Counted from the first letter of the stretch, positions 20,236 to 30,620 are shown. The stretch: DNA of 64,000 bases from Planctomycetota bacterium (GCA_965223545.1 OZ245006.1:3744001-3808000), one strand, 5' to 3'. Numbers and translations: made by a program. Notes: generated by a model not told the origin, from the sequence alone.

Positions 20236-22461
20236 TCAGCGGACGCTCCGGGTCGATCGCGGCGGGCCCGGGTCGATGCCCACGACGCGCAGCCCCGCGA
20301 AGTGATGGGGGTGCTCGCGGCCGCGGCGCCCGGCGACGAGCTCTCGACCGGCGCGCATCGCCTCGGCGATCCCCGCGCCCTGTCTCCATTCCGTCAGGCA
20401 GGCCGCCAACAGATCTTCGGTGGCGCCCACCGACAGCGCGCCGTGCGCGAGGACCACGCATTGCGCGCCCGCTCGGATGAACGCGCCACCCAGATGACCC
20501 GCCCCATCGTCGCCGATCCGGTCCGGCCCATCGGCCGCGTCGCACACCCCCAGCAAGACGAGCGGTGGCGCGCGCAGACGCTCGACGCCGTCGGCAAACA
20601 GCAGTTCGGTGCCGGTCTCGCCAGCCAGGACAATCGCTGCGGAGCGCTCGACCGCCAAGTCTTGGACTCCATGGGTGAAGAAGCACCACGCGTCTGCCCC
20701 TCGAGCGGCGGGGGTCGCGAGCACCGACGCGCGCGCGTCCGGCCCCCAGGCATCGACCCGCTCCGCGGGGCCGAACGCGCCGCCGATCGCCTCGCGGCGC
20801 CGCGCGTCCAACGCGAGCGCATCCACACCCCACCGAGCGCCAAAGTCGGCGTCGACGGGCGGATCGCCGATCAGCACCAAGCGTGACCCCGCGTTGGCGT
20901 TCGCGCCCGCCGGGCCGGCTCTCCGATCGCGGAGAGCCGTCCCCAGCGTCATCGAGGGTAGAAAGATCAGTGGCTTCGCCAACCCCAGCCAAGTGTCACC
21001 CCAGGGCAGCGCTTGCAAGACCTGCCCGTTGTCCTCGAAGCCGACGACCACGACTTGGCTCCAGCCATCGATGCGTTCTCGGAGCGCGGGCGAGAACAAC
21101 CGGTCACGGACGGCGGCCGCCCGCTGGCGGAATGCGGACACACCTGCGTGGCTGCGGCGACCCTCGTCGGGAACCTCGTCGATCTCGCGCGCCAAGGCGC
21201 GGAGGTCGCCGCGCAGTGCACGGTCGACCGGGGTCGTATGGGCATCTTGGCCGACGCCGTCGATCGCCAGCATGGTGGCGGAATGCGAGCCAACACACAG
21301 CATCAGCGCTCCGCCGCCTGGCGGGAGCAGTGCGCGGACGTCGGCAAGCTGCGCACGCGGGGCGGCAAACCGCCGCGACAGCATGCCCATGGCCAGCGCG
21401 GATTCGAGATGGTCGAACGCGGCGGCCACGCCGGCCTCGGAGTCGAGGACCATGAGGTCCAGCCGCAACAGGGTGGCCAACAAATCGCGGCGGGCGAGGA
21501 ACTGGAACAGCCCGACGCCGCCCGCGCGCTCGGGCATGTGCGCCAGCTGCGAAAACCACGTCTCGGCAGCTGCGGCGAGCTCGGCGCGCGCCGTCAGAAG
21601 AGCTTGCCGGTCCGCGCCCCGCGCGATGACCACGCGCGCGCGTTGGGCCAACGCCTCACCCGCGTGCTTGGCGTCGGACAACGTGTGGGGATCGATCTTC
21701 AGTGCCAGGTCGGCGGCGCGTTCGGCCTCGCCGGCATCCAACCACGCATCCACCGCCTCGAGGCCACAACGCCAGTGCAAATGTGGAGGTAGACCCTCGC
21801 CGAGCAGGCGCTCCAGCTGTTGCGCCACCTGCCACTGCTCTTCGAGTGGACGTTGCCGGCGCCCGGCGATGGCAGCCCTCGCCTCCAGATCCACACGCCT
21901 GTCGGCGAGCGCACCGACGAGTTGCTCGTCACCGAGCGCGGATCGAGCCCGAATCTCGGCGAGCTCGTAGTCGCCGCCCGCCAGAGCAGCATCGATCGCG
22001 AACAACGTCGCGCGCGCCCGATCTTCGACATCCTCGCTGCACGCCAAGAACGCACGTGCGTCGACCTCGGCGAGATCCGGCAAACCCAGCGCCAGATGGA
22101 CCCGCACCCGCTCTCCCAAGGCAGTGCGAAACGACCTTCGCACCAGACGGTAGTCCCGGTACTCGGGATCGGCCCGCCACTTTTCCAGCAGCCGGAACGC
22201 GGCCCGCAGGTGTCCGACGCCTTCCCACGGTCGGCCGCGCAGCCGCGCGACGGTCGAGAGCCCGGTCCAGGCCCAGGGGTGATACCACGACGTCTTCCCC
22301 GCGACGACCTCGGCAAACCGCGCCTCGGCGAGGACCAGGTCCGGCGGCTCCCCCGCCAGGGCAGCTTGGCCCTCGGTCGCCAACCGCTGCGCGTGCGGTA
22401 CGGCGTCGCTCGCTTCCTGCGCTGGCGACGTGCCGGCACCGCCGAGCACGGCCAATGTCAC
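20236..22461 (-). CDS. TPR + CHAT (caspase HetF-associated) protease
   Basis: FFTHG and LVLLGVC dyad motifs, GAFIRAGAQCVV, HPHHFAG tail; GTG start overlapping the upstream stop (GTGA). Confidence 0.85.
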   Translation of the reverse strand: MTLAVLGGAGTSPAQEASDAVPHAQRLATEGQAALAGEPPDLVLAEARFAEVVAGKTSWYHPWAWTGLSTVARLRGRPWEGVGHLRAAFRLLEKWRADPEYRDYRLVRRSFRTALGERVRVHLALGLPDLAEVDARAFLACSEDVEDRARATLFAIDAALAGGDYELAEIRARSALGDEQLVGALADRRVDLEARAAIAGRRQRPLEEQWQVAQQLERLLGEGLPPHLHWRCGLEAVDAWLDAGEAERAADLALKIDPHTLSDAKHAGEALAQRARVVIARGADRQALLTARAELAAAAETWFSQLAHMPERAGGVGLFQFLARRDLLATLLRLDLMVLDSEAGVAAAFDHLESALAMGMLSRRFAAPRAQLADVRALLPPGGGALMLCVGSHSATMLAIDGVGQDAHTTPVDRALRGDLRALAREIDEVPDEGRRSHAGVSAFRQRAAAVRDRLFSPALRERIDGWSQVVVVGFEDNGQVLQALPWGDTWLGLAKPLIFLPSMTLGTALRDRRAGPAGANANAGSRLVLIGDPPVDADFGARWGVDALALDARRREAIGGAFGPAERVDAWGPDARASVLATPAARGADAWCFFTHGVQDLAVERSAAIVLAGETGTELLFADGVERLRAPPLVLLGVCDAADGPDRIGDDGAGHLGGAFIRAGAQCVVLAHGALSVGATEDLLAACLTEWRQGAGIAEAMRAGRELVAGRRGREHPHHFAGLRVVGIDPGPPRSTRSVR

Positions 22462-23114
22462 CGCAAGGGCGCATCCGCGCTGAAGCGGCGACCTCGATAC
22501 CTGGCAACCACACGCCAGCGCGTCTCTTGCGGCTGCTGCAGCACGAAATCCCGGTCCAGTGTCCATGTCGTCTCCGTCAGCTCGCCACTCTGTCCTCCCG
22601 CAATCGCGCGGTCCGGATCCTCCGGGTCGAAGAGGTGCACGGTGAACACGGCTGCCGGGACGCTGCAGCTCCACTGCAGCCGCACGATATCGCCGGAGAC
22701 GGTTGGCGCTGCCAGCTGCAGCCGCGGATCACCAAGTGAGCGCCGGTCGTCGGGCTGCGGTCCGCCGAACGCGCGGAACAGGATCACCAACAAGACCGCG
22801 GCCGCCGCCACCGCAGCCCACGCTGGCCAGCGCCGCGGCGCGGCGGGTTTGCCGGCCGCCGCCAAGCGCCGCAGCCTACTGCCCACTTCGGGGGCGTCGC
22901 CGCCGGTGCCCTCCAACGCCTCCGCCATGACGACTCGCTCTCGCTCGCCATCGGCGTCGAGGCATTCCTGCAGCGCACGCAGCTCGCGCAACGAGCTGCG
23001 AAACGCCTCGTTGCTCCGCGCGGCCGCGGCGACCTCGGCGTCGTCAACGCGCCGATCACCGGCGAGAACCTCGGTCAGAAGCCGCATGTCACGTTCGTTC
23101 AAGGGCGCGCCCAT
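22458..23114 (-). CDS. Single-TM putative anti-sigma factor
   Basis: TGATG overlap with ECF stop; TM WAAVAAAAVLLVILF; short beta-rich external domain. Confidence 0.7.
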   Translation of the reverse strand: MGAPLNERDMRLLTEVLAGDRRVDDAEVAAAARSNEAFRSSLRELRALQECLDADGERERVVMAEALEGTGGDAPEVGSRLRRLAAAGKPAAPRRWPAWAAVAAAAVLLVILFRAFGGPQPDDRRSLGDPRLQLAAPTVSGDIVRLQWSCSVPAAVFTVHLFDPEDPDRAIAGGQSGELTETTWTLDRDFVLQQPQETRWRVVARYRGRRFSADAPLR

Positions 23115-23719
23115 CACCGTTCCTCCGCCCGACGGAACCATCGGCGCAACGCCTCGAGGCCACGGTAGTAGCGCGTCTTGGCAGTGTTGGGGGAAAGCCC
23201 GAGAGTTCGCGCAATCTCGTCGAAGGTCAGCCCCTCGTAGTGCTTGAGGCGGATCACCGCCGATTCCTCCGGCGCCAGCGTCGCCAAGCCGGACACCATC
23301 TGCTCGGCGTCGAAGAGCCCCTGGATCGTGGCGGCCTCGGGTTCGGCGACCTCTGTGATCGATAGGGTCGACCGCCGTGCGCGCCGCTGCGCGTTGCGCA
23401 GCTCGAGATCACAGACGCGAAACGTCCAAGTCTCCAGCGAGGCGTCGCCGCGAAAATCGGGCAGGCGCCGCCAAACGATCGCCAGCACGTCCTGCGCCAC
23501 GTCGGACAGGGCTTGGGATCCCAGCGGGGACGCGGTACGTCGGTCCAGCGCCGCCAAGAAGCGCGGCACACACGCGAGGCGTTGGATCAGCCGGTCGAGG
23601 CCTTGCGCATCACCGCCGAGGGCCGCTTCGACGAGACGCCGGTCGTCGGCGTGGCCAGCTTTGGGCGGGGTCCCCGGGCGCGCGCCGGAAGGCTCGGTCG
23701 CTGAGTCGCGCCGGAACAT
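23114..23719 (-). CDS. ECF RNA polymerase sigma factor
   Basis: DVAQDVLAIVWRRLPDFRG, LKHYEGLTFDEIA..LGLSPNTAKTRYYRGL. Confidence 0.9.
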   Translation of the reverse strand: MFRRDSATEPSGARPGTPPKAGHADDRRLVEAALGGDAQGLDRLIQRLACVPRFLAALDRRTASPLGSQALSDVAQDVLAIVWRRLPDFRGDASLETWTFRVCDLELRNAQRRARRSTLSITEVAEPEAATIQGLFDAEQMVSGLATLAPEESAVIRLKHYEGLTFDEIARTLGLSPNTAKTRYYRGLEALRRWFRRAEER

Positions 23720-23761
23720 CCGGAAAGATTACTTTGTGCGCGGGGGTCGATGCCATCCCCC

Positions 23762-24895
23762 TCAGTGCGCCTGCGGCGCGCCGGACGCGCCCAGCCGCCA
23801 GGCGAACCGACGCCGCGCGAACAGCCGCACCCGCTGCAGCTCCTGCCGCAAAGACCGGTGCGTGAGGCACGAGTTCGCGCAGTCCACGCTGCCAAACCGA
23901 TCACAGGCGATGGTCTCCGCGCGGATCCTCTCAGCGACCGGACCGCGCCAGATCTGGCGCGCACTGGCATCCCGCACGTTCCCCAGCGGAGGAAAGAACC
24001 AGCAGGTCTCGACGTCGCCGTTCGGCCGAATGTGATAGTCGCGCATTCCCACGCGGCAAGGTGCAGCTCCACTGAACGTGCGGTCGCCCCGGAAGTGGGC
24101 TGGCAGCGCCAACAGTTTGGCATCGCTGGTCTCCACACATCCGCCGGCCCGGCGCAGCGCCACCAACTCGGCGGCGATCTCGGCCAGCTCCGCGAGCTCG
24201 TCCGGATCGCGGATCCAGAGCTGCTGCTCGGTCTCGGAGCTCCACGGCCGCACCGGCGAGAAGTCGATGCTGTCCGCACCGATCTCCGACGCCCATCGCG
24301 CGGTTTGCACCAGCGTGCGGAAGGTCGAGCGGGTGACGACGGCCTTCAGACGAATGGGGAATCCAACCTGCTGCCGCGAACGCTCCGCGCTGAGCGATCG
24401 CACGGCCCGCTCGACCTGCGCGGTGGCCCCGCGCACACCGCGGGTCACGTCGTTGATGGATGGCTCCCAAGAGTCCACCGATACATCGATGTTGAACGGC
24501 CGCGCCGCGACCACGCGCCGCACGGTCTTTGGCCGCAGCGCCGACCCGTTGGTGATCACGCCAAAGCTCAGCCTGCGGCGGTGGCAGAACTCGAGCAAGT
24601 CCACGAACCCCCTCTTCAGAAAGGGCTCGCCGCCGGAGAACTGGATCCGATAACGCCCGATGAACTTCTGCAGACTCGCCAGCGCCGCCTTCCACTCCTC
24701 GATGGAGAGTTCGTCGCGATACTCGTCCAGACGCCAGAACCGGCAGTATTGACAGCGGTAGTTGCAGCGCTCATTGATGTGAGCGCGGATCGAGGAGGGA
24801 CGCGTCCAATCGACCCTGGTCCGCAGGCGCAAGGCTTCGGTCGTCACCGAGCGTGCGTACGCGCGCGCGGCCGCGATTGCAGAACGCGCATTCAT
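23762..24895 (-). CDS. Radical SAM protein with SPASM/twitch domain
   Basis: CNYRCQYC, FSGGEP, TNG; C-terminal CRVG...PNGDVETC...C...C..SC. Confidence 0.9.
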   Translation of the reverse strand: MNARSAIAAARAYARSVTTEALRLRTRVDWTRPSSIRAHINERCNYRCQYCRFWRLDEYRDELSIEEWKAALASLQKFIGRYRIQFSGGEPFLKRGFVDLLEFCHRRRLSFGVITNGSALRPKTVRRVVAARPFNIDVSVDSWEPSINDVTRGVRGATAQVERAVRSLSAERSRQQVGFPIRLKAVVTRSTFRTLVQTARWASEIGADSIDFSPVRPWSSETEQQLWIRDPDELAELAEIAAELVALRRAGGCVETSDAKLLALPAHFRGDRTFSGAAPCRVGMRDYHIRPNGDVETCWFFPPLGNVRDASARQIWRGPVAERIRAETIACDRFGSVDCANSCLTHRSLRQELQRVRLFARRRFAWRLGASGAPQAH

Positions 24896-24944
24896 CCTGC
24901 TGGAAGGGTATCACACAGGGGCCGGGATCGTGTTTCTCGCCGAC

Positions 24945-25826
24945 TCAGCTCTCTCGGCTTGCGGGCTCTGCTCGACGCCCACACCTGGCGCGCATCCCCA
25001 ACATCAATGGCATGTCGGGCACACCTTCTGGCATCGCGAACCGCCGCCCCGGCAACCGCCGCATTCCCTCGAACAGCTGGCAACCATTGGTGTGCGGGTA
25101 CTCGCGCAGCTCCTCGACGACGAGCCCCGCGCCCGCCGCCGCGGTGACGATCTGCGCCACGGTCCACTGATAGCTGACACACGCGTGCGGGTTCTCGAAG
25201 GCCTCGGCGACCGCCGCCCGCTGCATCGGCACCAAGCCGTCACCGGAGCGGGCGACGTAGTCCGACACGCCGCCCTCTTCCTCGATCGGTTGGTCGAGGA
25301 AGTAGCCGTCGATCACGCGCCCCTCGCCGTTGAAGCTCCACGCAATCGGATGAAACTCCAGCAGGACAAGAGCCCCGCCGGGGGACAGCACGCCCGCGAC
25401 GCCGCGCATCCAGCGCGGGAGATCCGCGATCCAGCCGATGGCGCCATAGGTGGCGAAGGCGACATCGAAGGACTCGAAGCCCGCCACATCCTCCATCCAC
25501 GCGCAGACCTCGGCCTGGACGAACGTAGCCCCGATGCCCGCTTCGGCAGACAGCGTCTTGGCGAACGCCACGGCCTCATCGCAAAAGTCGACGCCGGTGA
25601 CCGAGGCGCCGAGGGCGGCCAAGCTCAGGGTGTCCTGGCCGGAGTTGCACTGCAGGTGCAGCACGCGGCGGCCGGAGACGTCACCGAGCAGCTCCAACTC
25701 GTCGGCGAACAGCGTGCTGCCGCCATCGCGCAGGTAGGACGCCTGGTCCAGCTTGTGCCGGTTGTGCGCCTGCGTGGCCGCGTTCCACGAGCGGCGGTTG
25801 CGGTCTTGGATCGGGTCGAGCTGCAT
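24945..25826 (-). CDS. Class I SAM-dependent methyltransferase
   Basis: VLHLQCNSGQD, VTGVDF, LSPGG.L.L.EFHP. Confidence 0.88.
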   Translation of the reverse strand: MQLDPIQDRNRRSWNAATQAHNRHKLDQASYLRDGGSTLFADELELLGDVSGRRVLHLQCNSGQDTLSLAALGASVTGVDFCDEAVAFAKTLSAEAGIGATFVQAEVCAWMEDVAGFESFDVAFATYGAIGWIADLPRWMRGVAGVLSPGGALVLLEFHPIAWSFNGEGRVIDGYFLDQPIEEEGGVSDYVARSGDGLVPMQRAAVAEAFENPHACVSYQWTVAQIVTAAAGAGLVVEELREYPHTNGCQLFEGMRRLPGRRFAMPEGVPDMPLMLGMRARCGRRAEPASRES

Positions 25827-25870
25827 TGGATCAATGTTCGCGCATCGGGGAGCGAAGCGAGAAAATCGAG

Positions 25871-27343
25871 TCAGACACCGTACTTACCGTAGTGGGTCTC
25901 GTAGTGCTTGACGCGGAGCTTGCGGCGGGTGTTTGCGGAGCTCATGTAGCGGACGCGGCCGAAGATCGGGCGCTCGGGCGCCCAGGGCCGGTCGAACCGG
26001 CCCAGGACCCAGCCGATGCCGCTGTAGGAGTTGGGGTTGCGGCCGTCCAGCGCGTAGCGGTTGTTGAGCTCGATCATGATGGCCAGCGCGGCCTCGGGCG
26101 AGCGCGACCACTCGAGGATCTTCTTGCCCCACAGCATCCGCAGGTAGTTGTGGATGCGACCCTCGCGCCGCAGCTGGTTCTGCGCCGCGTTCCACAAGCC
26201 GTCGTGCGTCGCGGCCGCGTCGAACTCGTCGAGGGAGTAGCAGTGCTCGCGTGGATCGTCGGCGTGCTGCGCGAGGGTGGCGCGCGCCCATTCCGGCAAG
26301 GCGGCGAACTCGGCGTAGTCCGGTCGGTGATCGCAGAACACGTAGCCCAGCTCGCGCCAGGTGACGACCTGATCGAGGACGGCTTCGGCCTCGGCCGACA
26401 TCCCCCACCAGCCCTCGCGCTTGCCGTTCGCCGTGGCTGCCAGCCGGTCTGGCGCCCAGTCTTCCGCATCCGTGATCCGCTGCACGATCTCGGCGGCGCC
26501 GATGTGGCCGAAGTGCAGGTGTGCCGACAGCTCGGTGCAGACCTCGACCTCGGGCTGGTTGCGGTCGGAGTAGTGTTGCAGCCGCGCGTCGACGAATCGG
26601 TCGAGCAGCGTCGCCGCGGCGCGCGCGCCGCCGCGCACCCCCGCGACGGCGGCCGGGCCGTCGGGCCGCGCGAGCTGCAACGACGCGATCAACGCGTCGA
26701 GATCGCCGCTCAGCTGCGTCCCGGTCAACTCTGGCCACCGCTGCGAGACCGCGCGCGCGACGCGCGCGCGGCCGTCGGTGAGTCGCAGCGGCCGCTCGTC
26801 GGGCGGCGACTGGAGGTGATCGCGCAGGTTGCGCTGCAAAAAGCGGCGGAAGGCGTAGGCGGTCGGAAAGGCGCGCTCCGCCGCGGCCAACGGCAGCAGA
26901 CCATTGCCGTCGACCTCCTCGAGACAGACCGGCAGCTGCTCGGCGGCGGCGGCAACCATGCCCGGCAAGAAGAAGCACGGAAACCGATCCGTCACCACCA
27001 GGCACGCGCGTTCGGCCAACGCGGCGAGCAGCCCGCGGCCCGCCCCGGGCTTCGGCTCCAGGTAGGCGTAGTAGCGCACGCCGGCCTTGGCACAGGCGCG
27101 TGCGTTGTCGGCCATGCCGTCGACGACGAAACGGTGCAGTCTAGGACTGACCCAAGGGTAGTCGCTGCGCAGCGCCTCCAGCACCAACAAGGGCACCTTC
27201 AGCGCGCGCGCGCGCTCGGCGGCGCGTTGGAGTCCGAAGTTGGACGTCGTGCGCCGCTGCGCGATCATCCAGTAGAGCACGTAGTCGCCGCCGGAGCGCA
27301 ACGGTGCCGCGTTGGCGACGGTGACGCGTTCTTCGGGAACCAT
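25871..27343 (-). CDS. phr: Class II CPD DNA photolyase
   Basis: VLYWM...R, LSAHLHFGHI, THDGLWNAAQ, HNYLRMLWGKKILEW, YALDGRNPN, ERPIFG.VRYM. Confidence 0.92.
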   Translation of the reverse strand: MVPEERVTVANAAPLRSGGDYVLYWMIAQRRTTSNFGLQRAAERARALKVPLLVLEALRSDYPWVSPRLHRFVVDGMADNARACAKAGVRYYAYLEPKPGAGRGLLAALAERACLVVTDRFPCFFLPGMVAAAAEQLPVCLEEVDGNGLLPLAAAERAFPTAYAFRRFLQRNLRDHLQSPPDERPLRLTDGRARVARAVSQRWPELTGTQLSGDLDALIASLQLARPDGPAAVAGVRGGARAAATLLDRFVDARLQHYSDRNQPEVEVCTELSAHLHFGHIGAAEIVQRITDAEDWAPDRLAATANGKREGWWGMSAEAEAVLDQVVTWRELGYVFCDHRPDYAEFAALPEWARATLAQHADDPREHCYSLDEFDAAATHDGLWNAAQNQLRREGRIHNYLRMLWGKKILEWSRSPEAALAIMIELNNRYALDGRNPNSYSGIGWVLGRFDRPWAPERPIFGRVRYMSSANTRRKLRVKHYETHYGKYGV

Positions 27344-27352
27344 CGACCGGGC

Positions 27353-28363
27353 TCACTCCACCGCGATCAGGCCGGAATCGAACAGCGGCGGCTTCGCGCG
27401 CAGGCCGCGGTATCCCTCGGCCAGGACGACGTGCCCGACCGGCGCGCGCAAACTCTCGCCGGGTCCAACGCAGACCAACACCTCCGGACAGTACTCGCGG
27501 ATCGCGGTGCGCACCGCCGCAGTGAAGTCGAAGGTCTCCACCACCTGCGTGCGCGCGGTGTAGTGCAAGATGGCCTGCGGATCCGACGACCACGGCGAAA
27601 CGACGTCGCCGCGGCCGTCGATCATGGCGACCGCAGGGCGGCGGAAGCGCAGCGATGCCAACGCCGCCTCGGCCTCCACCGCGACCGGCTCGCACAGCGG
27701 GGTGTGGAACGGTCCGTGCCCCGCCAACCGGAACGGAAACTCGCGCTTGCCGACCGTTCGCGCCGGCAGCTCGCGCAGCAGCGCACCGACCCCCGCTTCG
27801 GTGCCGGCGATCACCTCGTGACCGCCGAGCCGGATCGACGGCCAGACGAAGTGGTCGGCGCCGCGCGCGCGGACCGCCTCGACGACCTCGCCGACGGCCC
27901 ACCGCGCCTCGGGGTCGATCCGCCAGTCCTCGCCGACACACGAAGTCAGCACCTGGCCGCCGTCGACGCGCGCCTGCAGCCGCGCCATGGTGCGCACCAG
28001 CTGCCAGCCATCCTCGACCGACAGCGCACCGGCAGCGGGCAACGCCGTGTACCAACCCAGGGAGTTGCCGGCGACCGCGACCACCTGGTAGCGCTCGCGC
28101 AACCGCTCGACGTGCGCCATGGAGCAGAAGTAGATCAGCTCGGCCGCGTTGCGCCCGTCCAGGTGCTGGCTGGCGCGAAACCGCGAGGCGCCGTCGAGCT
28201 CGCTGACCGTCGGCTCGGCGGCCTCGCGGCGCGCCGCGTCCGCCAACGCCAGGGCGGCCGCCACCTCGCCGCCGGGACGCAGCGTCGCCGCCAAGGTGCC
28301 CAGCTCCGCGCGGCCATAGCTGCCGCGCCCCGGACAGAACAACACCGCGGTGGGTCCGCTCAC
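27353..28363 (-). CDS. FabD-like (ACP S-malonyltransferase fold) acyltransferase with non-canonical motifs
   Basis: CPGRGSY, GNSLG nucleophile, GPFHT; GTG start overlaps the E1 stop. Confidence 0.82.
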   Translation of the reverse strand: MSGPTAVLFCPGRGSYGRAELGTLAATLRPGGEVAAALALADAARREAAEPTVSELDGASRFRASQHLDGRNAAELIYFCSMAHVERLRERYQVVAVAGNSLGWYTALPAAGALSVEDGWQLVRTMARLQARVDGGQVLTSCVGEDWRIDPEARWAVGEVVEAVRARGADHFVWPSIRLGGHEVIAGTEAGVGALLRELPARTVGKREFPFRLAGHGPFHTPLCEPVAVEAEAALASLRFRRPAVAMIDGRGDVVSPWSSDPQAILHYTARTQVVETFDFTAAVRTAIREYCPEVLVCVGPGESLRAPVGHVVLAEGYRGLRAKPPLFDSGLIAVE

Positions 28364-30585
28364 CTGTCCTCCAACAAGCCGCGCGCGCGCGCCTCGATGT
28401 CGCCGACCTGCACGAGCACGGTGTCGGCGGCCGGCCCCAGCGGCACGTAGCTGTCGGCCGCGGTGAGCCGCGCCACCGCCACGCCCCGCGTTCGCGGGCT
28501 CTCGGCGATCGCGGCCAACAGGGCCGCGCCGGGCCCCCCGCCGGTGTGTCGGCACTCGTCGACGACCAGCACCCGACCGGTCGCGGCAGCGTGTTCGAGC
28601 ACGGTCTCCTCCGGCAACGGCAAGAGCCAGCGCAGGTCGACCACCCGCACGGCGACGCCGTCGGCGCGCAGCCGCGCCGCCGCCGTCAGGCTCATGGTCA
28701 GACCGTTGGCGTAGCTGACAATGGTCAACTCGTCGCCGTCGGCTGCGTCATAGACCCGTGCCTCGCCGAGCGGCACCGCATCTTCCGGCGGTGGGTACGC
28801 AAACTGCCAGTCGCCGACCTCCGGCAGATTCTTGGTCATGTACAGCGCGATCGGCTCCAAGAACACGCACACCTTGCCGTGCTCCGCGGCGGCCGCCACG
28901 CAAGTGCGCAGCATGCCGACCGCGTCGTCGGCCCGCGCCGGCACGGCGATGATCAGCCCCGGGATGTCGAGCAGTGCACCGACGCTGTTGTCGTTGTGGA
29001 AGTGCCCGCCAAAGCCCTTCTGGTAGGCCAGTCCGGCGATCCGCACCACCATCGGGTTGCTGCAACGGCCGTCGCTGAAGAACTGCAGCGACGCAGCCTC
29101 GCCGCGGATCTGATCGAGCGCGTTGTGCACGTAGGCGAGGTACTGGATCTCCGGCAGCGGCAGGCAGCCGGCCTGCGCCATTCCCTGCGCGATGCCGAGG
29201 ATCGTGGTCTCGTCGAGGATGGTGTTGAACACCCGGCCCGTGCCGAACTCCTTGTTGAGGCCGGCGGTGACGTGGTACACGCCGCCCTTCTTGGCGACGT
29301 CCTCGCCGAACAAGAAGGTCTCCGGATAGGCCGCCATCACGTCGTGCAGCGCGCGGTTCAGCTGGAACGCGAGATGGCGCGGCCGCGGGTCGTCCTCGGG
29401 CAAGCGCCCGCCGAACACCCGCTGCCGCCGCTCCGCCGGTGCGACCCGCGGGCGCAGGTCGGCCGCCGGGGGCAGCGCCAATGGGCGCATCACATCGGCC
29501 GCCGTCTCCAGCTTTGGCCGCGACGCGGCCTCTTGGCCGGCGCGCTCGATGCGCCCCCTGAGATCACGGTGCATCGCGCGCAGCTCGTCCGCCGACACCG
29601 CACCGCAGCGCAGCAAGAGATCGGCGAACGCCAACAGGGGATCGCGCTCCTCGTTGGCCTCGATCTGGGCGGGGTCGAGATAGGTCGTCTCGACGTCGGT
29701 GCCGGCGTGCCCCATCAACCGGACGGTGCGCAGATGGAAGAACACCGGCCGCCGGGTCTTGCGGCAGTGGGCGATCGCGGCCAGCGCCTGGGTGTACGCA
29801 TCGTCGAGATCACGCCCGTCGGCGGCGAAGTAGTCGAGTCCCGGCCGCCCCCGGTAGCCGCGCCGGATGAAGTCCGGCGGCGTGCGCACCGAGATGCCGA
29901 AGCCGTTGTCCTCGCAGACGAACAGCACCGGGCACGGCAGGCGGTGCAGGATCGCCGCCGTCGCGGCCGTCAGGCCGGCCTGTGCGGTGGCGTGGTTGAC
30001 CGACGCGTCGCCGAACGAGCAGTAGACCACCGAGTCGGCCGGCAGCGGGCACGGCACGCCCACGCGCGCCATCCGCGCCAGCCCGAACGCGAGGCCGACC
30101 GCCTTGGGGAGGTGGCTGGCGATCGTGCTGGTCTGCGGCGGAACCCAGAGCGCGTGGCTGCCGAACACCTTGTGACGCCCACCGGAAACCGGATCTTCGG
30201 CAGCGGCGACGAACGACAGCATCGCGTCGAACACCGGCGTCTCGGCGCGGCCGCGGCGCTGGCGGGCGGCGACGAACGCGCCGGAGCGATAGTGCAGGAA
30301 CGCCGGATCGGTGGTGCGCAGCAGGTGACCGAAGACCGCGTTCGCCTCGTGGCCGCTGCTGCCGATCGTGTAGTAGCCGACGCCAGCGTCCTTCAGCCGA
30401 CGCGCTTCGAGATCCTGCAGCCGCGACTGCAGACCTGCTTCGAACAGCGCAACGGCGTCGCGCCGGGTCAGGGGCGAACCCGGCGCCACCGGGAGCTCCG
30501 CCGGCCCGACCAGCGCGGGATCGGGACCGGGGTGGTCTTTGAGCAGGCGTTCTAGCCGTCCGGCGACGATCGATTCGCGACGCAC
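28360..30585 (-). CDS. TPP-dependent 2-oxoacid dehydrogenase E1 alpha-beta fusion (2-oxoisovalerate dehydrogenase-like)
   Basis: SSGHE, HYRS, FGDAS...EDNGFGIS TPP motif, FGEDV, EIQYLAY, GGHFH; GTG start at 30585 inferred. Confidence 0.9.
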   Translation of the reverse strand: MRRESIVAGRLERLLKDHPGPDPALVGPAELPVAPGSPLTRRDAVALFEAGLQSRLQDLEARRLKDAGVGYYTIGSSGHEANAVFGHLLRTTDPAFLHYRSGAFVAARQRRGRAETPVFDAMLSFVAAAEDPVSGGRHKVFGSHALWVPPQTSTIASHLPKAVGLAFGLARMARVGVPCPLPADSVVYCSFGDASVNHATAQAGLTAATAAILHRLPCPVLFVCEDNGFGISVRTPPDFIRRGYRGRPGLDYFAADGRDLDDAYTQALAAIAHCRKTRRPVFFHLRTVRLMGHAGTDVETTYLDPAQIEANEERDPLLAFADLLLRCGAVSADELRAMHRDLRGRIERAGQEAASRPKLETAADVMRPLALPPAADLRPRVAPAERRQRVFGGRLPEDDPRPRHLAFQLNRALHDVMAAYPETFLFGEDVAKKGGVYHVTAGLNKEFGTGRVFNTILDETTILGIAQGMAQAGCLPLPEIQYLAYVHNALDQIRGEAASLQFFSDGRCSNPMVVRIAGLAYQKGFGGHFHNDNSVGALLDIPGLIIAVPARADDAVGMLRTCVAAAAEHGKVCVFLEPIALYMTKNLPEVGDWQFAYPPPEDAVPLGEARVYDAADGDELTIVSYANGLTMSLTAAARLRADGVAVRVVDLRWLLPLPEETVLEHAAATGRVLVVDECRHTGGGPGAALLAAIAESPRTRGVAVARLTAADSYVPLGPAADTVLVQVGDIEARARGLLEDR

Positions 30586-30620
30586 TGTGCTTGGGTCTCG
30601 CTTCGGCGGGGACGGGAACT

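Noticed and set aside
23762..25826. Radical SAM/SPASM plus methyltransferase as a RiPP cluster
   Set aside because: No precursor peptide, RRE/PqqD domain or transporter is visible nearby.
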